Shown here in pieces: positions 49,901 through 61,141 of a stretch of DNA of 64,000 nucleotides (positions within the stretch are counted from its first letter, which is position 1; each line of letters begins with the position of its first letter). Origin of the DNA: Marsupella aquatica (taxonomy: Eukaryota; Plantae; Marchantiophyta); the NCBI GenBank assembly GCA_973895155.1, contig OZ316894.1, forward strand, positions 14,337,680 through 14,401,679. The letters run 5' to 3'. The notes under the pieces are model-generated. The model ran no database searches and was not told where the DNA came from. It saw only the letters and a list, made by a program, of their open reading frames with translations. The position numbers and the translations under genes are program-made.

Positions 49901-51004
49901 GGACCAGCTGGCAGGCAAGCTGACGAGCGACGGCCAGCAGCTGGAGGAGGCATGCCAGGAGGCCGCGGAGGAGACAGACGCGGCGAAGCGAGAGAATGAA
50001 TCTTTGCTGGACCAGGTCCAGCTCCTCAAGGCAGACAACGATAGACTTCGTAAGCAGCAGGATGGCCACTCCCACTCGAGTGGCTCTGGCAAGCGTACCA
50101 GGCATTAGCGGCGGAGTAGGAATAGAATAGGGTTAGGAGTAGCTAGGTCAGGCTATTGGGACAGGCACCTGCCTTAGTTACAGCAGTAATGCCATGTTGT
50201 CCAGCCTGCGTAGATTAGGATCTTCTAATAAGACACAACCATTTTTTGGCCTGAGAGTTAGATTAGTTAGGACCTAAGTTAGCGAATCTTCGGGCGGTAG
50301 GACACTCCGTTCCCCGGCCCTTAGTATTTAGTGCACCCTCGGTTGAGGCAGGGGGGTTTTTAGTCTCAGAGTTGGACATCTGTGGTATGTGCGGGGAGTC
50401 CCGACCTCTAGGAGTGAAAGAGTACCAAGGGGAGGGGGTAGGACTAAGCTCGTCAGGCGAGTGCGGAGCCGGGCTCGGTTGTAGTATACTCTCTCGGCCT
50501 TGAACCTGTTCATTCCGGAGCTATCGGGTCAACCAAGTGTACGCACATGTCCCCTATGTAGTAAAATCCTTTCCCCTTATTTCCTTCGTGTAAATTGAGA
50601 TTGTATGCTTGTGCGCGTGTATGTGTGTGTGAATCTCGTGTATAGGTGACAACGCCGGGCCGAACGCACTACCCGAGTCATGCATGGGGTGCAGCTTGCG
50701 GGGATGTGGTTGTGAGCACGGGTTGAGGACCTGTATCATAGAATCTGGATCGAAGGTGGACAACACGAAGGCCTAGAAGTCCTTAAGCCGGGGTCGATCC
50801 TGTTATCGACTAAGGTACATTCCGGCGGTGGAACACAAACCATACCTAGGAGATGCCCGTATCTAACAGTAGGCGCACTTAGCGCTAGTTGACATGAATT
50901 AGGTGCATTACGCGCTTCCCTCCCTGCCCGAACCCTCATATTTACGAAGGAGGTGCCCGTTTAAAGCTGAAGCCCGAGTTTAGGCCAAGGCTGATGACGT
51001 GACA
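46996..51004 (+). repeat. 3' LTR (4009 bp) containing a long ORF
   Basis: Both termini are identical in type to the 5' LTR. Confidence 0.93.
47463..50108 (+). CDS. LTR-encoded ~880-codon protein (one in-frame stop at 49200-49202): N-terminal globular region, Pro-rich linker, plant-transposon/PMD-like region, C-terminal coiled coil
   Basis: ORFs 47463-49202 and 49212-50108 are in the same frame. EFVKNYD..TRLRGRNMSLTEERLKMIFGLP; heptad-rich C-terminus; TATAAAA at 47355. Confidence 0.75.
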
Positions 51005-51660
51005 AATGCCCTGGATCCAAAATACTATCCACCACTAAGGTTGTTGAGCAAGGTACACCATCAAATGCTCGCTTTAAGACCTCACATGGTAACAAGTTAG
51101 TCCACCATAATCGTGGGCGATGTGCATGAGAACCCACACGTGCAACATCCAATAACACAATAGGTCCAATCCAAGATCGAACCTGATGAACACTAGCAAC
51201 AATTCGATGACGATCATCACCCAATAATGAGACATTCTTGAAAATGTATGCAGGAGAATGTGTTTGATGCATCTGGAGATGGCGCAACACACGTAACATC
51301 TCCCAAAATAATGTAGATTTTGGATCATGAAATCCATGTCCAATTCTAGCCCGAGATTGACCCTGACATGGCCAACCCGCAATCACCAAATCAATGGGGC
51401 CAACACAATCCAAATGATTCGCCCCCAATAATGAAATATCAGTTGGCAATGCATGCTAATAACCATGAATGGCATCCACTGGCAACAAATGTGGATAGCG
51501 TTCCACCAACATTGCTACATGACGTAGTGAGATCCTCCGTCGGTGTTATCTCATCATTTTCCCCGTACAAGTAACGACGTACGCACAGGAATTCCTGCTT
51601 GAAGAATAGCAGCCAATCCAATGCTAATCCCACCAAATAAATCCAACAAAAAAATACTTC
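51005..51660 (-). pseudogene. C5-cytosine DNA methyltransferase, N-terminal half (motifs I-VIII)
   Basis: LLDLFGGISIGL (I), RRYLYGEND (II), DIS (III), IDLVIAGWPCQG (IV), DPKSTLF (V), YIFKNV (VI, normally ENV), GSHAHRPRLWWTN (VIII). Confidence 0.93.
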
Positions 51661-51779
51661 CTCTGGATACTACCACACAATAGGAGTGGTATCCAATGGT
51701 GAAACGGTCACCGGTCCATCTGCAAAAGACTGTTGTGCTCTTGACTCCGGTGTAAAAGCATGATGCCAGACATCATGTA

Positions 51780-52613
51780 TCAATTGGGCTGCGTTTTGTT
51801 GCAAAGCCTCTCCAGTACCCATACTGGTGCCACAATAGTATCAACAGGTAATACACCCATCATGTGTTCCTCACGTGGCTCCTCCATTGCCGAAATATCT
51901 GCTGCATGTGCATTACCTTCAATCAACTCATCAGATCTAGTAATCAAACTACTGAATGCTGCCAAAGACAATGGTGCAGATTTGGGACCTCCCACAGGTC
52001 CACTAAATTGCACTTGCAATTGGCTCAACCGAGCATCTCCAGATTGCCAATCGGGTCGATACGACACCGACTCGTCCCAAAAATCAAGAACAAATCCCAT
52101 AGGATAAAGTATTGTACATCCCACTAACACATCATATGACTCTGCCTTAGTCAAAATAGCTTGAGCCTGGATTTGTGAGTTATCCTTTGGATGATCCTCT
52201 TGAATCCTAAGTTCAAGTGCTTGTCTGGTGATATGTTGTTTGGGTGTAGGTCCTCCCAATGAAGTCTGAATGGGAAAGGGACACTCCAAATCATTTGGAT
52301 GCAATCCCAATCCTTGTATCGCAGACTTACCCAACATCAAGGGCTGAGCACCAGTATCCAGTATCACTCGTTCTGGCTGGTATATCGCTCCAAAAGGCCC
52401 CACTAATCGGAAGATACCACTCCGATTATCCAATGATACCACACTAGGTTTAAACCTAGTTCTCTCAAAGGCAGGGTGTGCTGGTAACTCCATCAACCTT
52501 GCCGCTGTTGCTTGCCATGTTTCACCACTAGCAATAGGTGGAGTCAACTCCACAACTTCATAATTAGGCACTGTCTTTGCACGATAAGGAACAACTGGAG
52601 CTAGTGTCTTCAC
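51780..52613 (-). pseudogene. Retroviral-type aspartic protease region
   Basis: VILDTGAQPLMLG ... YDVLVG. Confidence 0.85.
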
Positions 52614-53093
52614 ATAATGTGGCTACCAATCTGAACATTCAGCTGGAGTAACTCCCAATGCCATATCTGTTGCTGAAAATAACGGGGTGCACACAATATT
52701 TGTGGCCGCCCCCAGCAAGGTACTTGCCATCCTTGCTGCAACATCATCTGATTCCACCAACTTATCCACACTTGGATTTGTCTTAACCGGGTTCATAGAG
52801 GTAGTTTGAACTGCCTCTAACAATGTAAAAGATTGGGGAAGCTTTGTTTGACGACGAGCTTCCCCCCTTGAGGATCCAACTCTACCATTGCTCCTCGAGT
52901 CAAAGCTGCCAATGCATCAATATGGGCAGTGCCACACATGAATCCCATGGTGGCCAAGTCTCCGTCAGCTCCATAAGATGTAGAAGCTCCATCACCAGAA
53001 GTAGGTCTAACCTGAGAACTGGCCATGGCAGCTAGTTGTTGCTCCAATTGAGCAATCTTTGCATCCTTTGGATCTATGGTAGTGGTAGGAGCA

Positions 53094-53865
53094 TCACCTC
53101 CTTGTCTCCCTGCATACCTCGGCCGTGACCACCACCTCTACCTCCTCTTCCCTGATCATACATACGTGATCCTCCCCGTCGTAGTTCAGGATGGAGTATA
53201 AAACACCTATCCTTGGTGTGACCAAAAACTCCTCAATGATCACATAATCGTTGATCGGGCATAGATGCCCCTCCGGACTCTCTATTATCCAGGCAATATC
53301 TTTGTGCATGATCCCCACCACAAGTCCAACATCATGACTGCTGTCCAGCATAGGAGGGCATAGGTCTCTAACTAGTAGATTCCTGTGTTGTAGGCTTCTC
53401 CCTCTGACTCTTCCTTACAGTAGGTTGTGGTGTGGGTGTAGATGCAACCTTTGGTGAGCCTTCCTTGACAAATCCGGAAGTCACCACCTTCTCATTCACC
53501 ATATTGAGCTCAATGCGCTCGGCTAGTGCAAAAACAACAGCCAATGTGGGATCTGAAACCCTCAATAGAGTGGTGTCTCTTACTCTACGCCGCAACTCTC
53601 TATCCAAAATTGCATACCAAAATTGAATTGCTTGGGCCTCTATCACTCCCTTGGTGACTGTAATTAATCTTTGCATACGAGTGTATGCTTCGCGTAGACT
53701 CTCTCCAGTCTTGTGCTGAAAATCTTGAAGACCCTTCAACACATCAAAGAACTTCACCACGGTTAAATGTTGGCATAACTCCACTCCCACCCACAATTGC
53801 ACCGGTAGGAGTAACGGTGGATGCTGGTGGAGTGCCACTCTAGCTAGTGCTACTAGAAAAAGCAA
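53094..53865 (-). pseudogene. Gag C-terminal part of the DNMT-gypsy, with zinc knuckles
   Basis: FQHKTGESLREAYTRM; CWTCGGDHAQRYC; CDH*GVFGHTKDRC. Confidence 0.8.
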
Positions 53866-55038
53866 CAGCCGGGGTGTTAAACACTAATTCTTACCTCCGA
53901 TTAACCCAACTTAACCCTTCTCTTTTCATTCACGTTTGTATTAACCGATTAATCGTCCAACAATAGGGTAATCTAGTAAATCGTTTTCATATTCTGAGCA
54001 TGTAATTTCAGCTGAATGTTCTTTGATGTCTACTTCTTCTTTCCACTTCCTGGGTACAATCGACTCAGTTAATACTAATCCTTCCCTGTATACAATTTCT
54101 ATAAATCCACACCACTCACGATAAGTGAAAATACAAATTGGAATACTCTCTTCCCTTAACCGACGAGTAATTAGGTGCGAACCATCGAACAGATCCACAG
54201 TTCAATTGGCCTGAGCCTAATTAGCGAGGAATTCTTCCTATCCTTGTCGCTAGTATTCATACTTCCAATGATTGTGATCTGATTAGATCCAATTGTCTCA
54301 TTGATACTCCCACCAAGAGTTCGATCAATTACTTATGCTGCAAAGTAGATCAAGAAAGGCTATTCGTAAGTAGAATATCAATTCAACGATTACTCCGTTA
54401 TGCTACAGGTGCATGACAATTAGATTGTCATTCTCGAAACACACACACCTCAGCCAGACTCCACTGCTTATGAGTTGTTTGTTGGTTTGATTCCGTAAGG
54501 TGTTACTCCTCAATGTGCTCACCCTGAGTGAATTAATCCTCATTCATTCTTGCGGTCGGAATATGGCCGTCTTAACATACTTCTGTCTAATCCTCGGTTT
54601 ATAACTTTAACAGATTCAACTCTCTTTATAATTCTGATTGTCTTACTCAATCTTCTCTTTAATTTTCCCTCTCCTCAATTCTGAATCCCTTCACTCTCAA
54701 TTCTTAATCTCGTAGTCAATCACCATCTCTTTCTGTAGACCCTCTCACCAAGGTACTCATCCACGAACAATTCATCAGGTTGTGTCATAATGATTTCTTT
54801 ACTTCTCAACATCAAAAATTCTACTCACATCTGAGTAGGGAACACTTAAACAGATCTACTGATCATCTTAAGGAAAGTCTGGCTTCGCCTTTCAATCAGA
54901 TTACCTATTGCAAAAGTGACACCCTGTTCTAAGCTCTTGCTTGTCTTAAATACTATCTTTCGGCAAAATTATCGGTCTTCAAACTGTCCGACTAACAAAA
55001 ATGGTTATCTAACTTACTAATCGAACATAACTACATAG

Positions 55039-58000
55039 TGTTGTAACTCATACTTGAGTTAAGTCTACCTTTGGGATAACTACCTATGTAACTACCCTAA
55101 CTACTTAGGCCGTAGCCACATGTACATATCCTACCAAGAGTAAAGATGGAACCAACTCTTTGTCTCATTTCTCCCACAACACGTTATCAGCACATAGCTC
55201 TCCACGAGCAATCTTTTCTTTGAGAGAAAGGCCAGATTTTCATTGAGTGTTTATAGATTTGACATAACTGCCCCTCCCAAGAAGCTATGGATGAGAACTT
55301 CTCGATCACATTTCTAATTTTAGGTTTAACAAGGACGTTTGTGATTCCTCCAAATGTCATTGCGGAAGCCATGGACTACCTATGCCGAACCATGATGGAC
55401 CGATCTCATAAGGACATCGAAGATCACTTAAGGAGGCACCAGAAAGAGCGAGAGAAAACGATTAAGCAAGAATCAAGAAAGAGTCGGTGCGAGAGAAAGC
55501 ACTGGCAATGAACATTGGTAAGGCGCTGACAAAGAGAATCGAAAGTATTAAGGATTGAGGCGAGAAACAATAAGGATTGAAGGTGAAGAAACCCCTCTGG
55601 AAACGACCTTTAAATCTGAGAAGAAACGAAACAAATTCTGATAAGGATAGCAGATAAGGAAAATTACAGAGGATCGAGGCATAAATCGATCGAGAGAGGA
55701 GGAAAGGCACGAACAAAACAGAGGATCGAATGCAACCATTCAAAGACTGAGAGCGCATTCCATAAGGACAGCATTGAACAGAGACAAGAATTGAAAAGCA
55801 GTACCGCAGAACAGAATCCATAAGAAAAGACTGAACCTCACCCCACTGATCGAAGGCGAAAAAAAAAAATTCAAGCAGCAAAAGCATCGGGAGGCACTGG
55901 CGAAGAAGCATAAGAGAAATGAATCGATCTAAAGCGAAGAAAATCGAAGCGCCAGCGCGAAACTGAAGGCAAACAGAAACCCATAAGGACAATCGAATCA
56001 AGATTGGAAGATTGAAAACTCGGGAGAAATACAAGAGCAGAAAGAGAAAGGAAAAACAAATACTCAGGGGGAGTGGGCTATTCGCACATCCCCTGGTCTA
56101 CAACTTGAGACAACAAGAACTTGAATTGAGAGAGAAAATTCGATGATGATGAAACAAGAATAGCATAAAGAAGCCACGCAACCGATGCGAGCGAGGGAGC
56201 GATAAGACACGTCACGGAAGGAGAAAAGAGGGAATTTCCGTGCTGCCAAAGTTGCGACTGCACCAAAGAGAATCAGAGGAAAAGCAACTAGGAAAGAAAC
56301 TACCGAGCGATCGAGGGGCGCAAGAGCGCTAACAGCACAGATCAGCCCAAAGTAGAAGGAGTCTTTACGAAAAGGCGAACACCCTTGAGGAAAGTAAGGA
56401 GGATAGCGATGACCAATGGAAGTCCCAAAGTTACGGCACCTATAGCACAGAAGGACACAGAATGCCAGTTTCGGTAAATAGTTCTCGTGAGATTGGCAGT
56501 ATGCATGGACGACATGGAACAATCCACGACCAGGGGTAGGGGCATTGGTGTTATGAACTTACGAGTTGACCATTGGGAGCCAGTGCCTACAGGGTTCGCT
56601 TCTTGAGGATCACACAATGACTTCCCGGGATTCAAATCGGAGAGATGATCTACCCACAATACACCGAATAAATCACTGGAGATAGCGTAGGCAGGTCCAG
56701 CAAATTACCCTCAGTCGCCATTGCCCCTTCTGGAGAGCAACGATGGGTCTGTTTGAGAGCAACTAGTACCCTGGAGGAAGATGCTAAAGAAGAACGATCG
56801 GACCCAGATACGATTCGGCACACAATAATAAGGACAGGGGAACAAACATCAAGGAGGCCCAAGTCATTCGAGTAAGATAGCGCACCCAAAATGATACAAG
56901 TGCCGTATCAATTTAGACAAACAAGGATAACAAGGCACTAACGTCGATGGCATTCAACATGAAATATCGAGGAGGGCCTAGAGATAAGAACCCAAAATGT
57001 CGAAAGAAGACGGCACAATTCACGGGACACAAACAGACCACCACAGACCAAAATAGTGATGCAATGTGGAGGCGTCAAAATTTGGAAAGGAATGCAGCAA
57101 GAAGTGAAGTAGAGGGACGGAATGAAGGAAGGAACCATGCCACAATAAGCGAGTGAAGCAAAAAAACAAAAAAAAAGGAGTACAACAAAAAGAAGCCATC
57201 AAACCAAAGGAAAGTCCTCCACCTTTTCTTCTAAGCAGACCATTTTACACTAAGGAATGGAGAACTAAAGAACAAAGAGACTTTCTCTTCAAAAGGCAAG
57301 AAAAACCAAACAACAAGGCATGAAGTAAGGACATAAAGAAAGAAACTAAATTACAGAACCTACATGGCGACAAATGATGATTACTTCCACCAATTAATTT
57401 CATAAATTCAGGGGGAGAATTGTTTTTCCCAACGTGCCTACTGCACTTAAAAGTTAAGCTCTGTGCCTACTACACATGGAAGCCAATGAGTGCCTACTGC
57501 ACATGGAAGTAAATGACAAATTGAGGGGGAGACCTCAAGTAAGACTTGACATCAAGCAATGTAACCCATGGGATGTGCCTATTGCACAAGTGCCTTTCGC
57601 ACCAATGAATACCTAAAAATGGAACTCTATTCCATGCATATGGCAAATCATGAAATCTAAGGAATTTTTATAAATGATTGAACATGGTGTTAACACAATC
57701 ACTTACCAATACTTGATGAGGTATACTGGATATTAAAGTACCATATGATAATATGAGGTACAGTACCAGGTCATAAGGTACCATAAGGTGAGACATGGCA
57801 TGGTAAGGCACCATAAGAGATGGTGCGCCATACCCCAATATGATAACCCTATGTTGTGGATATGGTACGTGATGTGGTGCAAATAGGTTATGCCCACACC
57901 AAATCTAGGGTTGGACACCCAATCCAATTCCAAGGCCATGGATTACACCATATCATCTTCATTTTGTACTAATACTTTGCTTTGTCATGGCATGTAATCG

Positions 58001-58528
58001 GTGACCATCAAGGAGTCTCCATTTCCCGATTGGAAGGAGACACGAGAAACAATCAACCAAGGAAGATCTTCAACAAGCCTATAGTGCACATACACTATAT
58101 GCTTAAACCCAATTATGTTACACCCATGGGGATGGTAATACTCTTTCCTCCCACAAAGAAAGTAGGGGAGGTTTTAATGAGGTTACATCCTCCACTTACA
58201 CTTTACCATGCAACATGAATTATAAGACATCCATTAGGAGAAGCTTTACATTCATAGTAGACTTGAGATGGCTGCACCATTTATAAAATAGGCTAGACAT
58301 AAACAATACCTATTGTATACCACTGAGTATACCCAAAGTAGACTCTTGATTGTAACATTTAAACCCCAATGTTACAAAGGGGGAGTGTTGTAACTCATAC
58401 TTGAGTTAAGTCTACCTTTGGGATAACTACCTATGTAACTACCCTAACTACTTAGGCCGTAGCCACATGTACATATCCTACCAAGAGTAAAGATGGAACC
58501 AACTCTTTGTCTCATTTCTCCCACAACA
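55039..58528 (+). mobile_element. Non-autonomous Bianca-type LTR element, copy 2
   Basis: 143-bp LTRs at 55039-55181 and 58386-58528; TSD CATAG; PBS CGTTATCAGCAC; PPT AAAGGGGGAG. The 3' ~1 kb is nearly identical to copy 1. Confidence 0.95.
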
Positions 58529-58613
58529 CATAGCAGTTAATAAACTATTGTTTTGCGGTTACTAAACCGCAATCCGTGGTTTCCGGTTGGTATACTCTGT
58601 TCAACTGAGACTA

Positions 58614-59207
58614 CTACATCGAACATCTCTGTAAGCGATTGGTGGTTGGAGTCGTGGTTTCTGAACTGCCAACGGTTAAGCTTCTCAATTCTGATGTCAC
58701 ATGATAAACATTCAATGGATCTTCTGGTTCACTAATATTCCAAAAAATGATTACTCGTTCAGCGACGATTAGCCTCCAGCAGTGACGTTGTCGTTGATCG
58801 AGTTCTCGTCCCAACGTCAGGTTCCACTTTGATGACATGACTCCCCTGCAAAATTCTTCAATAGCTTCTTGAGTAGTCAACTGTTGTTGGAAAGTTTCAC
58901 CATTCATGCCAAAAAGCTGCTGCCCTGCTTCATTCCATACTCGGCAGTCTCCCTCCCTAAGGCGGATCATAAATCAAAACATGGGCTTCCCCTTTCCTAC
59001 GAGCTTACAAAAATGAGTGCCTCTATCCCTACTGAAAACGTTCGATTGTTCTTCTCCCCTTTGCCTTCGTTGTCTTGCTTTCACCCCCAGAGCGCAATCT
59101 CTGCCGTCTCCTAGCTTGGTATCGCATCCTTCATAGCAAAACCCTAATTCGGTACTACTCCAAATAGCAAAAGTTGTCGTGCCTTCTAATGTTAGTCTCC
59201 CATCCAT
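58614..59207 (-). pseudogene. RPA70 C-terminal-like OB-fold/Zn-ribbon remnant
   Basis: FCYEGCDTKL...C...HFC...PMF*FMIRL...VWNEAGQQLFGMNGETF...KWNLTL. Confidence 0.5.
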
Positions 59208-59325
59208 CTTACTAAGCTATTTCCACCTGCTACTGATCCCCTTAAATACTTGATCTATTATCTTTCGCTTGACGTTTCTCCACTAATTCTACTTAATTAT
59301 TTCCTTGGTTTACACGGGGCAACAG

Positions 59326-59790
59326 GTTGAGAAACCGCACTTGTGCCGTAAGTGATGGACACATAGTTTGGTGACCAATGTTGTCTCCAAATCTCAATAT
59401 CAGCCAAATGGGACTTCCACAACTCATGGTAATCATCCATGGGTGGACTCTCCAAATGCTGAAATAACCTTTAAGTTTCCATGCCATGAAAGGTGTAAAC
59501 AATGTGGCATTACGCATCGTTTGCATATCACACCATGTATCAAACTCTTGGATGAAATCATCCAAATCAATTGTGCCAACTTCACCAGAGTGTCTCCTAG
59601 GGCCCTTAGTGGACCCATATGTCTCCTCCATATCCCACAACAATGGTGCAACAACCTGATGATGAGGAGAGTTGGCTATAGAGCCCTCGTCAGAATCACT
59701 ATCTGAAGCTCCACTGGTATCTGCTAGCAATGTCGTTGGCCGAAACTGCACTCCACTTTGAGTGAAACCAGTCCGTTGTTCACCAAGTAG
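59326..59790 (-). pseudogene. Gag N-terminal part of the DNMT-gypsy
   Basis: HSGEVGTIDLDDFIQEFDTWC. Joins 53861 once the insertion is removed. Confidence 0.7.
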
Positions 59791-59829
59791 CTTTGCATTA
59801 TTGGAAGACTCCGTGATTCCAAAACCCTA

Positions 59830-60162
59830 GGCCACAGGCCGTGGGCTGTGGGTACCTACCCACACAAACAAGATGAATCGGCCACAGGCCATGGGCTGTG
59901 GGTGCCAACCCACACAACCAAGATGAATCGGCCACAGGCCGTGGGCTGTGGGTGCCAACCCACACAACCAAGATGAATCGGCCACAGGCCGTGGGCTGTG
60001 GGTGTCTACCCACGCAAACCAAACTGCGAGAGGCCACAAGCCGTGGGCTGTGGGTGCTAGCCAAGCTGCAAGAGGCCACAGGCTGTGGGCTGTGGGTGCC
60101 ACCCCACACAACCAAGATGAATTGGCCACAGGCCGCGGGATGTGGGTGCCTCCCCACCAAGA
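59830..60162. repeat. Seven ~50-bp hairpin-containing tandem units in the 5' leader of the DNMT-gypsy
   Basis: GGCCACAGGCCGTGGGCTGTGGGTGCCAACCCACACAACCAAGATGAATC, with units starting at 59830, 59880, 59930, 59980, 60032, 60074 and 60124. Confidence 0.92.
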
Positions 60163-60796
60163 CTCTCTTTGCTCAAGTCATGCGCCAAACATGCCGCAAT
60201 TGATGGGCAAATCACTAATCACTATTTGTCGTTTCCTCTGTGCCCTAAGTCACAGCCGCCTCGCCTCTCCGCGGTGCCTTATCTTGTCACGCGCCGCCAA
60301 CACAATTCACCAACATTCAACATCGTTTCCTTCATAGAAACGTACTATCCATCAACAAGGAACTTGATGCAAATCAGAACTGCATCCTACAAAAATTGTA
60401 AACATAATCAACTGTCGGGCTCTCAATCAAACCGCCTCAATCAAAACCTCAAAGAGTCGCACATCCGACTACTTTCCCTTCACAAAATAGGATCATACGC
60501 CACTATCTGTCTCGCACAAATTGTCGACAGCAACATCCGCTTGTTGATCACACAATCAGTCCTCCATGATGCAGCAACGCATATCCATGAAGACCGCAAC
60601 TCCAAAACCGCAACTTAGCAACAACAACTTGAAGCTGCACTTGAACTACGCAAGCGCCGCACCAACTTGCAATAGATTGAGATACCAACGATCCGTTCAA
60701 TAACAACACCCGATCCGAGCTACCACGAATCGTCAACAACAAAACCAAAATGAAATCAAACTTCTGTCTGCACAGTCTGCACAACAGAGTTCGAAG

Positions 60797-60810
60797 CTCA
60801 TCTTTTGATG
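60797..60810 (-). promoter_or_regulatory. Self-priming-type PBS complementary to the presumed transcript 5' end
   Basis: Perfect 14-nt reverse complement of 60988-61001, which lies ~25 nt downstream of a minus-strand TATATA (61025-61030). Confidence 0.75.
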
Positions 60811-61141
60811 TAATCTTCAATAGCAATCGAACAATGATTGATGCCAATCAAACACACAATCCTGCCCGACTTGATCACACACTTATGTCAAGCCAAACAC
60901 ACCTTGCGCCTCAAGGAATCCACGTTACGTACACACAACCTAGACAGTCACACGATAACCGCTAGAGTTTGTGCTCGAAAGGCTCAACATCAAAAGATGA
61001 GACCTCTGAGCCAACACAAAGAGATATATAACTATCCCTCACAAACATACACTAACCCTAAAACACTTAGATAACACACATATGAAAGCCTCAAACCTAC
61101 ATAGTCTGATATCCTATACTACCACTCATAATGGTGTGACA
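60809..61141 (-). repeat. 5' repeat A1 (TGTCAC...GATTACA, 333 bp) with TATA box
   Basis: Direct repeat of 34441-34771. Confidence 0.93.

Larger units (their letters stand above)
38845..51004 (+). mobile_element. Non-chromovirus Ty3/gypsy (Athila/Tat-like) inserted into the DNMT domain
   Basis: TGTGAC...GTGACA LTRs at 38845-40891 and 46996-51004; TSD AACGC/AATGC (one CpG transition); PBS and gag-pol present. Confidence 0.95.
53869..59318. mobile_element. Unclassified ~1.95-kb insertion (excluding the nested LTR element) with a 7-bp TSD and an RPA-like OB-fold remnant
   Basis: TSD GCAACAG (53862-53868 / 59319-59325). Imperfect inverted ends: CCGGGGTGTTAAAC versus CCCGTGTAAAC. Interrupts the host gag. 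Confidence 0.7.
34305..61141 (-). mobile_element. Ty3/gypsy retrotransposon encoding a C5 DNA methyltransferase and a PHD finger, with split/permuted terminal repeats and nested insertions
   Basis: TG...CA termini; AGCA flanks both ends (34301-34304 / 61142-61145); domain order gag-PR-DNMT-RT-RH-IN-PHD; repeats in the order A1...B1-gc-A2-B2. Confidence 0.88.

Noticed and set aside
50961-51449. Host DNMT3/DRM/CMT gene or bacterial contamination
   Set aside because: It is intronless and lies collinear between the retroelement protease and RT on the same strand.
59830-60162. CRISPR-like array
   Set aside because: The units are contiguous tandem repeats with no unique spacers, there are no cas genes, and the context is a eukaryotic retrotransposon leader.
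34305-61141. Classification as a DIRS/PAT/Ngaro element because of the split direct repeats
   Set aside because: No tyrosine recombinase motifs were seen. It has an aspartic protease, a DDE integrase, TG...CA ends and an apparent TSD.
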